From Rickettsiales bacterium (GTDB lineage Bacteria; Pseudomonadota; Alphaproteobacteria; Rickettsiales; UBA3002): a DNA stretch of 64,000 nt. The first letter of the stretch is position 1, and each line of letters opens with the position of its first letter. The notes below the pieces were generated by a model. The model had not been told where the DNA came from and did not search any database. It worked only from the letters and a program-made list of their open reading frames with translations. A program made the position numbers and the translations under genes. The stretch lies in the NCBI GenBank assembly GCA_044239745.1, contig JBIIAV010000001.1, forward strand, positions 18,884 to 82,883, read 5' to 3'. Below are positions 1 through 10,151 of the stretch, piece by piece.

Positions 1-1
1 A

Positions 2-655
2 AAGGCGGGCGACCGCATCCTTACCATCGATGGTAAGGCCATGCGCAGCTTCAACGATATTCCCGAAACCTTGATGACCAACCTTTACACGCCGGTGCAG
101 CTTACGGTACAGCGCAACAGCAAGACCATCACCCTCGCCATCACCCCCATCGCCTATGCCGAGAAGGACATCACCGGCAATATCGAGAAACGCCCGCTCA
201 TCGGCATCCGCAGCCAGAAAGTGACCCGTAAGGACGTGACATTGCTGCCGGCTATTTGGCTCGCGACGGAAAAGACCTACAGCCTCTGCGCAGCCAACCT
301 GAAGGCATTGGGGCAGATCATCGTCGGCGATCGCAGCGTGCGCAACCTCACCGGCACGCTCGGCATTGCCAAACTTTCGGGCGATATCACCCAGCAGGGC
401 GACTCCTCGCGCGATACGGCGCTGACGCTTTTGTGGTTCATTGCCATGCTGTCGGCCGGTATCGGGCTGGTGAATCTTTTCCCGCTGCCCATGCTCGATG
501 GCGGGCATCTCGTGTTCTATGCGCTTGAGGCCATCCGCGGCCGCCCCGTTTCCGAGCGCTATCAGGAATACAGCTACCGCGTGGGATTCTCCCTCATCAT
601 CGCGCTGATGGCGTTCACCCTCTTTAATGATGCCCGCAAGATATTCTTCTCATAA
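2..655 (+). CDS. rseP: RIP metalloprotease RseP (M50 site-2 protease), C-terminal part; 5' end outside the window
   Basis: The frame of the 41..655 ORF stays open to the window edge (KAGDRILTIDGKAMRSF, PDZ-like). It ends with the M50 C-terminal membrane segment (LVNLFPLPMLDGGHLVFYALEAIRG). It lies directly upstream of bamA, the usual proteobacterial synteny. Confidence 0.85.
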   Translation, partial: KAGDRILTIDGKAMRSFNDIPETLMTNLYTPVQLTVQRNSKTITLAITPIAYAEKDITGNIEKRPLIGIRSQKVTRKDVTLLPAIWLATEKTYSLCAANLKALGQIIVGDRSVRNLTGTLGIAKLSGDITQQGDSSRDTALTLLWFIAMLSAGIGLVNLFPLPMLDGGHLVFYALEAIRGRPVSERYQEYSYRVGFSLIIALMAFTLFNDARKIFFS

Positions 656-728
656 TTCCCTGATTTGATTCTGACTAATTCATGAAAATGACTTGCTTAG
701 CGGGGCTTTTTATCGCTAGTGAGAGAAC

Positions 729-2999
729 ATGTATTACGTTGCCCGATTATTACTGCTGCTTTTGCTGTGCTATGCCGGTGCATTGCCTGCCGTTGCGCAG
801 ACAGGGGAAACGGTGCGCGAGATCCGCATCGAAGGCAACCAGCGTATCGAGGCGGACGCGGTAAAGACCTATCTCGGCATCACCACCGGCACCGCCCCAT
901 CGAGCTATGACCTCGATATCGGCCTCAAGAAACTTTACGAGACCGGATTTTTCGCCGATATCAGCGTCGCGCAGAATGCCGGCGTGCTGACCGTTCAGGT
1001 GGTCGAGAATCCCAGCGTCAACGAGGTCATCTTCGAGGGCAACACGCAGGTCGATAAGGAGGACCTCGAAAAAGAGATCACGCTCAGGGCCCGCTCCATA
1101 TACACCCGCACCAAGGTACAAAACGACCTTAAGCGCCTGCTCGATGTCTATCGGCGCAATGGCCGCTACTCGGCGGAAATAACCCCGCAGATCGTTCAGC
1201 TTGAACAAAACCGTGTGAATCTCATTTACGCCATTACCGAAGGCCCCAAGGCACTGATCGAGAAAGTATCGTTCATCGGCAACGAGAATTATGCCTCAAG
1301 CACGCTCGAGAAGATCATCAACTCCTCGCAGGAGCGTTGGTACCAGTTCCTTTCCGATTCCGACAAATACGACCCCGACCGCTTGCAATACGACCAAGAG
1401 CTACTGCGCAAGTTCTACTACGAGAACGGCTATGCCGATTTCAAGGTCAAGTCCGCCATCGCTGAATTATCGCCGCAGCGCGATGCATTCTACCTCACCT
1501 TCACCATCGAAGAGGGTGAGCCTTACCGCCTTGGCAATGTTGATGTGGTGACCAAACTGCCCAGCAGCCGCACGCCGGACCTGAGCGCGACCATCACCAC
1601 CGCCAGCGGCGATCTTTACAACGCCAGCGAAATCGAAAGCAGCGTCACCCAGATGACGGATAAGCTGGGTGATGCCGGCTTTGCGTTCGTTTCCATCAAT
1701 CCCGATATCAAGCGCCGCGCCGGCAAGGAAAAGATCATCGACCTTACCTACAATATCGAGGAAGGCCCGAAGGTCTATGTCGAGCGTATCAACATTTTCG
1801 GCAACCTGCGTACACTGGACGAAGTCATCCGCCGCGAATTCAAGCTCTCGGAGGGGGATGCCTATTCCGCTAGCAAATTGAAGCGTACCGAACAGCGCCT
1901 TAACAACCTTGGCTACTTCGAGAAGGTGACCGTCGACCGCAAGCCAGGCAGCACCGAGGATCGCAGCCAGCTGGATGTGGAGGTGAAAGAGAAATCAACC
2001 GGCGAGATCAGCTTCGGTGCCGGATTGTCAACCTCCGACGGGCCAATCGCTGATTTTGGCATCCGCGAACGCAACTTCCTCGGCCACGGTCAGGATCTGC
2101 GCACCAAAGTGCAAGTGGGCGGCAAGCGTCAGCAATACGACCTTGGCTTCACCGAGCCCTATTTCCTTGGTCGCGAGCTAGAAGCGGGCTTCGATCTGTA
2201 TAAAACACGGCAGGATTATCAGGATAATTCGTCGTTCGACCGCGAATCGCTCGGCGTTGTCCTGCGCACCGGCTATAACTTAAGCGAACATCTGAAACAT
2301 CAGATCCGCTACACCTTCGAGCAAAGCCAGATCAGCAATGTTGATAGCAATGCCTCGCTCTTCATCAAGAAGCAAGAGGGCAAGAGCAACGTCTCGATGA
2401 TCGGGCAATCGTTCCTGTACGATTATCGCGACAATAAATTCAGCCCCACCAGCGGCTATTTCCTGCGGCTGAACCAAGATGTCGCTGGCTTAGGCGGCGA
2501 TAACCAGTTCCTTCGTCATGAGCTGCAGGGGGAATATTACATACCGGTCGCCAAGAAATGGACCTTGGTGAACAGCGGTTCAGCGGGCAGCATCGTCGGT
2601 ATCGGCAAGGATGTGCCGATCAACCAGCGCTTCTTCATCGGTGGCAAGGAAATCCGAGGCTTTGCGAATGCCGGCCTTGGCCCACGTGATGTTGCGACTG
2701 CGGATGCGCTGGGTGGCAACAACTACTATGCCGGCACCGCGGAACTGCGCTTCCCGCTTGGACTTCCCGATGATCTCGGCGTTTCCGGCGCGACCTTTGT
2801 CGATGCGGGAAGTTTATGGGGTTTGGACGATTCTGGCGCAGGAATTAACGACAAAAACAGCCTCCGCGCCTCCGCGGGCTTTGGGGTGGCTTGGGCATCG
2901 CCATTCGGCCCGATCCGGCTGGATTTCGCCCGTGCCTTCCTAAAAGAGGACTTCGACGAGACCGAACTGATACGCTTCAATTTCGGCACGCGCTTCTAG
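729..2999 (+). CDS. bamA: Outer membrane protein assembly factor BamA
   Basis: 756-aa ORF with a signal peptide (LLCYAGALPAVAQ), POTRA-type repeats (IRIEGNQRIE, VIFEGN, VSFIGN, INIFGN) and a C-terminal barrel ending IRFNFGTRF. It sits in the rseP-bamA-skp-lpxD order. Confidence 0.95.
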   Translation: MYYVARLLLLLLLCYAGALPAVAQTGETVREIRIEGNQRIEADAVKTYLGITTGTAPSSYDLDIGLKKLYETGFFADISVAQNAGVLTVQVVENPSVNEVIFEGNTQVDKEDLEKEITLRARSIYTRTKVQNDLKRLLDVYRRNGRYSAEITPQIVQLEQNRVNLIYAITEGPKALIEKVSFIGNENYASSTLEKIINSSQERWYQFLSDSDKYDPDRLQYDQELLRKFYYENGYADFKVKSAIAELSPQRDAFYLTFTIEEGEPYRLGNVDVVTKLPSSRTPDLSATITTASGDLYNASEIESSVTQMTDKLGDAGFAFVSINPDIKRRAGKEKIIDLTYNIEEGPKVYVERINIFGNLRTLDEVIRREFKLSEGDAYSASKLKRTEQRLNNLGYFEKVTVDRKPGSTEDRSQLDVEVKEKSTGEISFGAGLSTSDGPIADFGIRERNFLGHGQDLRTKVQVGGKRQQYDLGFTEPYFLGRELEAGFDLYKTRQDYQDNSSFDRESLGVVLRTGYNLSEHLKHQIRYTFEQSQISNVDSNASLFIKKQEGKSNVSMIGQSFLYDYRDNKFSPTSGYFLRLNQDVAGLGGDNQFLRHELQGEYYIPVAKKWTLVNSGSAGSIVGIGKDVPINQRFFIGGKEIRGFANAGLGPRDVATADALGGNNYYAGTAELRFPLGLPDDLGVSGATFVDAGSLWGLDDSGAGINDKNSLRASAGFGVAWASPFGPIRLDFARAFLKEDFDETELIRFNFGTRF

Positions 3000-3124
3000 G
3001 CGGGAAACCTCACCATCTATTTCAAAATGTTTCCATATTCCGGCCACGTGTTACTGGACAGGCCACTTAAAATGATGCAGATTGCCGACGCTTTTTAGTT
3101 TCACTTCCATTAGGGCTTATCGTT

Positions 3125-3649
3125 ATGAAAAAATTACTCATTACCGCTTTGGCATCGCTCACCTTGTTGGCGGGCGCTGCCCACGCTGAAACTTCTGTCG
3201 GCACGGTCAATATCGCAAAGATCATGCGTGACTCGAAGGCCGCTGTTTCCGTTCGTACGCAGTTGCAGGCGAAACAAAAATCCTTCCAAGCAGAGCTGGA
3301 CGCCAAGGAAAAAGCCTTGCTCGGCGAGGATCAATCGCTGGTGAAGCAGAAAGACTCCACCGATAAGGCCGCTTTCGACAAGAAAGTAAAGGATTTCCGT
3401 GAGAAAGCCGCTGGCGAACAGCGCGCCGTTCAAGCCAAAAAGGCCGCACTCGATAAATCCTTCGCCGGCGCACTCGATGACATCCAAAAGAACGTGCTCG
3501 ATATCGTGAAGCAAGTAGCGGCGGAAAAGAAAATGGAAATGGTCGTGTCCTCGGCTCAGGTGCTGTATGCCGAGCCTGCGCTTGACGTAACGGACGAAGT
3601 GCTGAAGCGTCTCGATGCTAAGCTGCCGACCGTTACCGTTAAATTCTAG
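3125..3649 (+). CDS. skp: OmpH/Skp family periplasmic chaperone
   Basis: 174 aa with a signal peptide (LTLLAGAAHA) and a Lys/Gln/Ala-rich coiled-coil body typical of Skp/OmpH. It lies between bamA and lpxD. Confidence 0.85.
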   Translation: MKKLLITALASLTLLAGAAHAETSVGTVNIAKIMRDSKAAVSVRTQLQAKQKSFQAELDAKEKALLGEDQSLVKQKDSTDKAAFDKKVKDFREKAAGEQRAVQAKKAALDKSFAGALDDIQKNVLDIVKQVAAEKKMEMVVSSAQVLYAEPALDVTDEVLKRLDAKLPTVTVKF

Positions 3650-3670
3650 GCACACCCCGCGTTCACCCTC

Positions 3671-4699
3671 ATGGTCGATCGTCGTTTCTTTCGTAATCAC
3701 GGTCCGTTCACGGTTGGGCATATCGCCACGACCGTCGGGTTGTCGTTACCGGATACGGCGGATGCCGAACGGGTGATGCAGGACGTTGTGCCACTGGATC
3801 GGGCGACGGCTCAGGACATCAGCTTTTTCGACAATCCGAAATATCTGGAACAGTTCACTGCGTCTGCCGCCGGTGCATGCTTCCTGCGGCCGAAATACGC
3901 GAGCATGGCACCAGCCACGATGGTCGCCCTCATCACCGAGGACCCCTACCGTTGCTATGCGCTGGCGGCACAGCAGTTTTATCCGCAATCGCGCCCCACT
4001 GCGGCAATCGCGCCGACCGCGCATATCGACCCCAGCGCCGCGCTTGGCAAAGGCGTTGCCATCGGCCATGGCGCAGTGATCGGTGCCGGTGTCACGATCG
4101 GTGATTACAGCTCCATCGGTGCGAATACGGTGGTCAGCGACCATGTCGTCATCGGCAACGATTGCGATATCGGGCCTGTCAGCACCATCTCGCACAGCAT
4201 GATCGGCGACCGCGTGATCATCCATCGCGGGGTGCATATCGGCCAAGATGGTTTTGGATTCGCGCTTGGCCGCGAAGGGCATGTCAAGGTGCCTCAGCTC
4301 GGCCGTGTGATGATCGGTAATGATGTCGAGATCGGCTCCGGCACGACGATCGATCGCGGCACCGGCCCCGACACCGCCATCGGCGACGGCACCAAGATCG
4401 ACAACCTCGTCCAGATCGGCCATAACGTTCAGATCGGTCGGCGGGCGATCATCGTCGCCCAGTGCGGCATCTCCGGCTCCACCCGCATCGGCGACGGCAC
4501 CGTCATCGGCGGACAGACAGGCATCGCCGGCCACTTGAAGATCGGTGCGGGTGTTAAAATCGCTGCCAAATCCGGCGTGATGAACGATATTCCCAATGGC
4601 AGTTCCTATGGTGGTGCGCCTGCTATTCCCGTGGTCGATTGGCACCGCCAGACCATCGCTATTTCCCGTCTCACCAAATCGAAACGAGGCTCCGTATGA
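3671..4699 (+). CDS. lpxD: UDP-3-O-acylglucosamine N-acyltransferase LpxD
   Basis: 342 aa with long left-handed beta-helix hexapeptide repeats (IGDRVIIHRGVHIGQDGFGF, IGNDVEIGSGTTIDRG). Its stop overlaps the fabZ start (ATGA at 4696-4699). Confidence 0.93.
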   Translation: MVDRRFFRNHGPFTVGHIATTVGLSLPDTADAERVMQDVVPLDRATAQDISFFDNPKYLEQFTASAAGACFLRPKYASMAPATMVALITEDPYRCYALAAQQFYPQSRPTAAIAPTAHIDPSAALGKGVAIGHGAVIGAGVTIGDYSSIGANTVVSDHVVIGNDCDIGPVSTISHSMIGDRVIIHRGVHIGQDGFGFALGREGHVKVPQLGRVMIGNDVEIGSGTTIDRGTGPDTAIGDGTKIDNLVQIGHNVQIGRRAIIVAQCGISGSTRIGDGTVIGGQTGIAGHLKIGAGVKIAAKSGVMNDIPNGSSYGGAPAIPVVDWHRQTIAISRLTKSKRGSV

Positions 4700-5175
4700 G
4701 TGAAGTATTCTCCATCAATCCCGATCTTAAATCCTATGATGTCATGGGCATTCAGTCGCTGATCCCTCACCGCTATCCATTCCTGATGATCGATCGGGTC
4801 GTCAACATCGTGCCGGCGCAATCCATCGTCGGCATCAAGAACGTCACGTGTAACGAGCCGTTCTTCCAAGGACATTTCCCCAGCCATCCGGTGATGCCGG
4901 GCGTCCTCATCGTCGAGGCCATGGCGCAGACTTCGGCAGTATTGGTGATGCACACGCTGGGCGGTACGGCACACGGTAAGGTCGTCTATTTCATGTCGGT
5001 GGAGGGCTCGAAATTCCGTAAACCCGTGGTTCCCGGAGATGTACTGCACATCCACTGCGAAGCACAAAAAAGCCGTGGCAATGTGTGGCGCTTCTCCGGT
5101 GTCGCTAAGGTGGATGGCGTGAAGGTCGCCGATGCCGTCTACACTGCCATGATCATGGATGAAAAGGGCGCATAA
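4696..5175 (+). CDS. fabZ: 3-hydroxyacyl-ACP dehydratase FabZ
   Basis: Carries the motifs LIPHRYPFLMIDRV and FFQGHFPSHPVMPGVL. I take the start at ATG 4696 (MSEVFS...) rather than track start 4639, which would overlap lpxD by 61 nt. Confidence 0.93.
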   Translation: MSEVFSINPDLKSYDVMGIQSLIPHRYPFLMIDRVVNIVPAQSIVGIKNVTCNEPFFQGHFPSHPVMPGVLIVEAMAQTSAVLVMHTLGGTAHGKVVYFMSVEGSKFRKPVVPGDVLHIHCEAQKSRGNVWRFSGVAKVDGVKVADAVYTAMIMDEKGA

Positions 5176-5987
5176 TGAGCACGAACATACACCCTACCGC
5201 CATTGTCGATCCGCGCGCAAAACTCGGCACGGATGTTTCGATCGGCCCCTACTGTATCGTCGGTGAGGACGTCTCGCTGGGCGACCGCGTACAACTTCTC
5301 AGCCACGTCGTCGTCGGCGGCACGACCCATATCGGCGAGGAAACGGAGATATTCCCGTTCGCTTCCATCGGCCTGCGCCCACAGGACAAAAAATTCAAGG
5401 GTGAAGCGTCCCAGCTTATCGTCGGTAAGCGCAACGTCATCCGCGAGCATGTCACCATGAACCCCGGCACCGAAGGCGGCGGCCTCATCACCCGCGTCGG
5501 CGACGATTGCCTGTTCATGACTGCGTCGCACGTGGCGCATGATTGTATCGTCGGCAATCAGGTCATCCTTGCCAACAATGCCACGCTGGCTGGCCATGTC
5601 ACCGTGCATGACGGTGTCATCATCGGCGGCTTGGCGGCCATTCACCAGTTCGTGCGCTTGGGCGCTTATTCCTTCGTGGGCGGCATGTGCGGTGTCGCCA
5701 AGGATCTCATTCCCTACGGCATGGTCGTGGGTGAACGCGCTTCGCTCGAAGGGCTCAACCTTGTCGGCCTGAAGCGCCGCAACGTCTCGCGCGAGCAGAT
5801 CAGCGCCTTGCGTGATATGTATAAAAAACTCTTCTTCGGTGAAGGCACCTTTGCCGAGCGCGCTGCCGCGATTTCGGCAAGCGCCCTACCCCCGGAAGCA
5901 CAAGCCGTGCTTGATTTCGTCACCAGCGATTCCTCGCGCTCGTTCTGCACCCCGACGGCCGAGAAGCATTCTCGGGAAGCGGCATGA
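5175..5987 (+). CDS. lpxA: Acyl-ACP--UDP-N-acetylglucosamine O-acyltransferase LpxA
   Basis: 270-aa hexapeptide-repeat acyltransferase (IHPTAIVDPRAKLG...) with a TAATG junction to fabZ. It follows the lpxD-fabZ-lpxA order. Confidence 0.93.
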   Translation: MSTNIHPTAIVDPRAKLGTDVSIGPYCIVGEDVSLGDRVQLLSHVVVGGTTHIGEETEIFPFASIGLRPQDKKFKGEASQLIVGKRNVIREHVTMNPGTEGGGLITRVGDDCLFMTASHVAHDCIVGNQVILANNATLAGHVTVHDGVIIGGLAAIHQFVRLGAYSFVGGMCGVAKDLIPYGMVVGERASLEGLNLVGLKRRNVSREQISALRDMYKKLFFGEGTFAERAAAISASALPPEAQAVLDFVTSDSSRSFCTPTAEKHSREAA

Positions 5988-6841
5988 ATGCGGTCGCAAA
6001 AACGGCGGTAGCATTGCCGAGTTTGGGCATTATTGCAGGCGGCGGAGAGCTGCCACGTGTCCTGATTCAGGCCTGCCACGAAACAGGGCGTCCGTTCTTC
6101 GTTCTCGCGTTGCAGGACACTGCCGATGAGGCGACCGTTGCCGCCGCCGGTGAGCACCACGCATGGATCCGTTTCGGCGCAATCGGCAAAGCCCTCGATA
6201 TTTTGCACAAAAACAATGTCACGGAAATTGTAATGGCAGGCCGCGTGACCCGCCCAAAAATCTCTTCCATCCGCCCCGATATGAAGGGGGCGAAGCTGCT
6301 TGCACGCATCAGCGCCCAGCTTCTCAGCGGCGATAACGAGCTACTCAGCAGTATCGTCGCGTTCTTGGAAGAGGAAGGATTCCGCGTCACCGGAGCTGAG
6401 GAGATCGTGCACGAATTATTGGCGCCCGAAGGGATGGTCGGCAGCATCTACCCCGATAAGCGCGCCCAAAGCGATATCGAGACTGGCGCACGCATTGCCC
6501 GTGCCATCGGTGCGCTCGATGTCGGTCAGGCGGCCATCGTCCATAACGGCATCGTGCTTGGGGTCGAGGCCGTCGAGGGAACAGACGGGCTCATCGCCCG
6601 CTGCGCCGCCCTTAAATCCGAAGAAAAAGGCGGCGTACTGGTGAAGGTGAAAAAGCCGCAACAGGAACGCCGCGTCGATCTACCGACCATCGGGGTATCG
6701 ACCATCGAACACATTGCCCAGTGCGGGTTTTCTGGTGTCGCGGTCGAGGCGGGCGCCTCGTTGATATTGAACCGTCGCGAAGTGGCGCGCCGCGCCGATG
6801 CGCTCGGCGTGTTCGTCGTCGGCTTCAGCATCCTCGAATAA
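5984..6841 (+). CDS. lpxI: UDP-2,3-diacylglucosamine diphosphatase LpxI (DUF1009 family)
   Basis: 285 aa with an N-terminal LGIIAGGGELPRVL motif. It has an ATGA overlap with lpxA and lies between lpxA and lpxB, as in alphaproteobacteria that use LpxI instead of LpxH. Confidence 0.85.
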   Translation: MNAVAKTAVALPSLGIIAGGGELPRVLIQACHETGRPFFVLALQDTADEATVAAAGEHHAWIRFGAIGKALDILHKNNVTEIVMAGRVTRPKISSIRPDMKGAKLLARISAQLLSGDNELLSSIVAFLEEEGFRVTGAEEIVHELLAPEGMVGSIYPDKRAQSDIETGARIARAIGALDVGQAAIVHNGIVLGVEAVEGTDGLIARCAALKSEEKGGVLVKVKKPQQERRVDLPTIGVSTIEHIAQCGFSGVAVEAGASLILNRREVARRADALGVFVVGFSILE

Positions 6842-6845
6842 CACC

Positions 6846-8006
6846 ATGTCGCGCCCCGCCACGATCGCATGGATTGCAGGTGAGACATCGGGCGACCAAT
6901 TGGGCGGCTGGCTGATGGCGGCGCTGCGCAAAAAGCACGACGCATTGCGCTTCATCGGTGTCGGTGGCCCGATGATGGAAGCGCAAGGCCTACAAAGCAT
7001 CTTCCCCATCCGCGATATCGCGCTGATCGGCATGGCCGAGGTACTGCCGCATGTATTCACCATCAAGCGCCGCATCCGCGAAACGGTGGCGCTGATCGAG
7101 CGCGAGAAACCCGACATCGTAGTCAGCATCGATTCGCCAGGATTCGTGCTGCGCGTCATCAAACAATTGCGCGCGCGTGGCAATGTGCGGCCGAAACTGG
7201 TGCATTATGTCGCGCCGACCGTTTGGGCATACCGCCCCGAACGGGCGAAGCTGATGGCGGAGCGTTTCGATTTTCTACTTTGCCTGCTGCCGTTCGAGCC
7301 GCCTTATTTCGATGCGGTGCCACTACCCAACCGCTTCATTGGCCATGAAGTTGCATGGTGGTGGAAATCGCGTGGCGACGGGGCAGCGTTTCGTCAGGCA
7401 CACGGCATTGCGGCCGATGCACCGCTGCTCGCGGTCTTTCCGGGGAGCCGTCAGGGCGAGATCACGCGGCTGTGGCCCGCCTTCCAAGACAGCATCACCC
7501 GCCTGAAATCGAAAGTGCCGCAGCTACAGGTCGTGATTCAGGTTCAGCCCAGCTTGATGGAGCGCATGCGCAACGAAACGCATGCGTGGCCGGTTGCCCC
7601 TTTCATCATCGCCAACACCGAGGATAAAAAGGGGCTGTTCGCCGCGGCCACGGCCGCTATCGCCAAATCCGGCACCATTGGTCTCGAATGTGCGCTCGCC
7701 GGCTTGCCGAGCATCATCGCCTATCGGGCGAGCGCGCTCACGGCGTATCTGCTGCGGCGCATGATCAAGATACCTTATGCCAACCTAGCGAATTTGTTGG
7801 CCAACCGGCTCATCATTCCGGAATTACTGCAAGAGGATTGCACCGGCGAGAAGATCGCGGCCGTCGTGCTGCCGCTTTTGACCGACCCAAAAGCGCGCGA
7901 GGAGCAATGCACCGCACTTGCCGATATTGCTGCGCAGCTTGGCACCCGCGACGCCCAATCGCCAAGCGAGAAAGCGGCGGATATCATCCTTGGTATGCTA
8001 CACTGA
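6846..8006 (+). CDS. lpxB: Lipid-A-disaccharide synthase LpxB
   Basis: N-terminal IAGETSGDQLGG motif. I take the start at ATG 6846 (MSRPATIAWIAGE) rather than track start 6798. The 3' end overlaps the recG 3' end by 9 nt (convergent). Confidence 0.92.
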   Translation: MSRPATIAWIAGETSGDQLGGWLMAALRKKHDALRFIGVGGPMMEAQGLQSIFPIRDIALIGMAEVLPHVFTIKRRIRETVALIEREKPDIVVSIDSPGFVLRVIKQLRARGNVRPKLVHYVAPTVWAYRPERAKLMAERFDFLLCLLPFEPPYFDAVPLPNRFIGHEVAWWWKSRGDGAAFRQAHGIAADAPLLAVFPGSRQGEITRLWPAFQDSITRLKSKVPQLQVVIQVQPSLMERMRNETHAWPVAPFIIANTEDKKGLFAAATAAIAKSGTIGLECALAGLPSIIAYRASALTAYLLRRMIKIPYANLANLLANRLIIPELLQEDCTGEKIAAVVLPLLTDPKAREEQCTALADIAAQLGTRDAQSPSEKAADIILGMLH

Positions 8007-10145
8007 TTTAAGCTGGGCGATGGCCGCATCGTATTCGAACAGCGCCAACAAAAGCCGCAAGGCCTTGCCCCGTTCGCTCACGAGATCGGGATCGCGATGC
8101 AAGATGAGTTTGGCGTCATCATGCGCCGTGCGCAGCAGCGGCAAGTGGTGATTCATATCCGCTAAAATGAAATCGGGCATGCCCGTCTGCCGTGTTCCCA
8201 GCATGTCGCCTGCCCCGCGCAGCCGAAGGTCTTCCTCGGCGATGACGAATCCGTCGTTCGTTTCGCGCAGGATATTCAAGCGCGCTTTGGCTGTTTGCGA
8301 AGGCGTATCGTGATAGAGCAACACGCAGCGCGAGGGTTTATCGCTACGCCCGACACGGCCGCGCAATTGGTGCAACTGCGCCAGCCCGAAACGTTCGGCA
8401 TGCTCGATCACCATCACCGTGGCTTGCGGCACATTCACGCCTACTTCCACCACCGTGGTCGCCACCAATAGCTGGATGTCGCCGTGCGCGAAGGCGTCCA
8501 TCACGCGCTCGCGTTCGGCAAGCTTCATACGGCCATGCACCAGCCCGACCTTATCCGGAAATAGCGCGTTCAATTCGGCAAAGCGCTCCTCCGCTGCGGC
8601 GAGATCGACCGTGAAGATGGTCTTTTCCTCCTCGCTCTGTGCCTCGATCAGCGGGCATATCCAATAGGCCTTCTCACCGGTACTCAGCACACGGCCGAGC
8701 CCCTCGACCACCTCGTTCGCCCGCGCGAAGGGCACCGCCCGCGTGTCGATCTCCTTACGTCCCGGTGGGCGCTCCGTCAGGCTCGAGATTTCCATATCGC
8801 CATAAAGCGTCATGCCGAGGCTGCGCGGAATGGGCGTTGCGGTCATTTGCAGCAGGTGCGGTTGATTGCCTTTGCGCGCTAGCTTCATACGTTGTCCGAC
8901 GCCGAAACGATGCTGCTCATCGATCACCATCAAGGCGAGCTGCTTGAAGGCGACCTGCTCTTGGAACAGGGCGTGGGTGCCCACCAGCAGGTCGATCTCG
9001 CCGGCGGCTACTTTCTCGCGCATGGCTTCCTGCGCGCTTTTGCGCATCTTTCCCGAGAGGAACCCCAAGCGGAAGCCCGATGCTTTCGCCAGCGGCTCCA
9101 ATGTCTCGATATGTTGGCGCGCCAGAAGGTCCGTCGGTGCCATGAGGCACGCCTGATGACCGGCGGCCACGACCTGCGCCAACGCACCGAAGGCGACGAT
9201 GGTCTTGCCGCTACCGACATCGCCTTGCAGCAACCGCACCATGCGCTGGCCGGATGCCATATCGCGCATGATATCGCCCAGCACCGCCTCCTGCCCTTTG
9301 GTCAGCGTGAAGCCGACCGCCGCCTTCCAGCGTTTTTCAACACTCGGCTGATGGGTGATGGCATAGGATTGCTGACGTTGCACCAATCGCCGCGCCAAAC
9401 TCAGCGCCAATTGATTGGCCAGTAATTCGTCGTAGGCCAAGCGGCTACGCGCGGGGCTGCTGGGCAGTATATCCTCCATCTGCAGCGGGCGATGCAACCG
9501 CACCAAACTGTCGCTCAAACCCATGAACCCTTGCTGCTGGATGAAGGCTGAATCGAGCCATTCCGGTAATGGCCGCATCTGGTTCAACGCCTGATCCATG
9601 GCCTTGGCCAATGTCCGCTGCGAGATACCGGCTGTCAGTGGATAGGTGGGAGCAAGCCGCAGCACTTGCGCTGCTTTATCCGTCGGCACGGCGATATCCG
9701 GATGCGATATGGTGGGCTGTCCGTCGAGCATCTCTACCTGTCCGGCGATGATGCGCCATGTGCCCACCGGCATGCTGCGCAGCAGATAATTATCCTTAAC
9801 GTGGAAATAGGTGAGCAGCAGCAGGCCCGTCGCGTCGCGCGCAACGATGCGATAGGGAATCTTGCGGCGGATGCGCGGCGGCGGCACATGCTCGACGATC
9901 TCGACCTCGAGCGTGGCGTATTGCCCCGCCACCACATCGCGCAGCGGTGTTACGATGCGGCGATCGACGCTATCGACCGGTATATGGAACAACAGGTCGC
10001 GCAGCACCGGCGGGCGCAGCGTCACCGCCTCCACCTCACGGGTGGGGCGCAACAGGCGTGCGAAGGCTTCGGTGGTGGCAGGGCCAATATATTTAAGGCG
10101 GGTGACCGGCGCGAACCAAGGCGAGAGCTGTACTGGCACGCTCAT
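7998..10145 (-). CDS. recG: ATP-dependent DNA helicase RecG
   Basis: 715 aa with an N-terminal wedge region plus SF2 helicase motifs ([37 protein letters not shown]). Confidence 0.95.
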   Translation of the reverse strand: MSVPVQLSPWFAPVTRLKYIGPATTEAFARLLRPTREVEAVTLRPPVLRDLLFHIPVDSVDRRIVTPLRDVVAGQYATLEVEIVEHVPPPRIRRKIPYRIVARDATGLLLLTYFHVKDNYLLRSMPVGTWRIIAGQVEMLDGQPTISHPDIAVPTDKAAQVLRLAPTYPLTAGISQRTLAKAMDQALNQMRPLPEWLDSAFIQQQGFMGLSDSLVRLHRPLQMEDILPSSPARSRLAYDELLANQLALSLARRLVQRQQSYAITHQPSVEKRWKAAVGFTLTKGQEAVLGDIMRDMASGQRMVRLLQGDVGSGKTIVAFGALAQVVAAGHQACLMAPTDLLARQHIETLEPLAKASGFRLGFLSGKMRKSAQEAMREKVAAGEIDLLVGTHALFQEQVAFKQLALMVIDEQHRFGVGQRMKLARKGNQPHLLQMTATPIPRSLGMTLYGDMEISSLTERPPGRKEIDTRAVPFARANEVVEGLGRVLSTGEKAYWICPLIEAQSEEEKTIFTVDLAAAEERFAELNALFPDKVGLVHGRMKLAERERVMDAFAHGDIQLLVATTVVEVGVNVPQATVMVIEHAERFGLAQLHQLRGRVGRSDKPSRCVLLYHDTPSQTAKARLNILRETNDGFVIAEEDLRLRGAGDMLGTRQTGMPDFILADMNHHLPLLRTAHDDAKLILHRDPDLVSERGKALRLLLALFEYDAAIAQLKSV

Positions 10146-10151
10146 ATGCGG

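Noticed and set aside
3000-3124. 125-bp bamA-skp spacer examined for an sRNA or terminator (GGAAAC...GTTTCC with a 20-nt loop; GGCCAC direct repeat; a CACGTG hexamer)
   Set aside because: There are only short, weak repeats, with no stable hairpin plus U-tract and no conserved RNA motif I can recognise.
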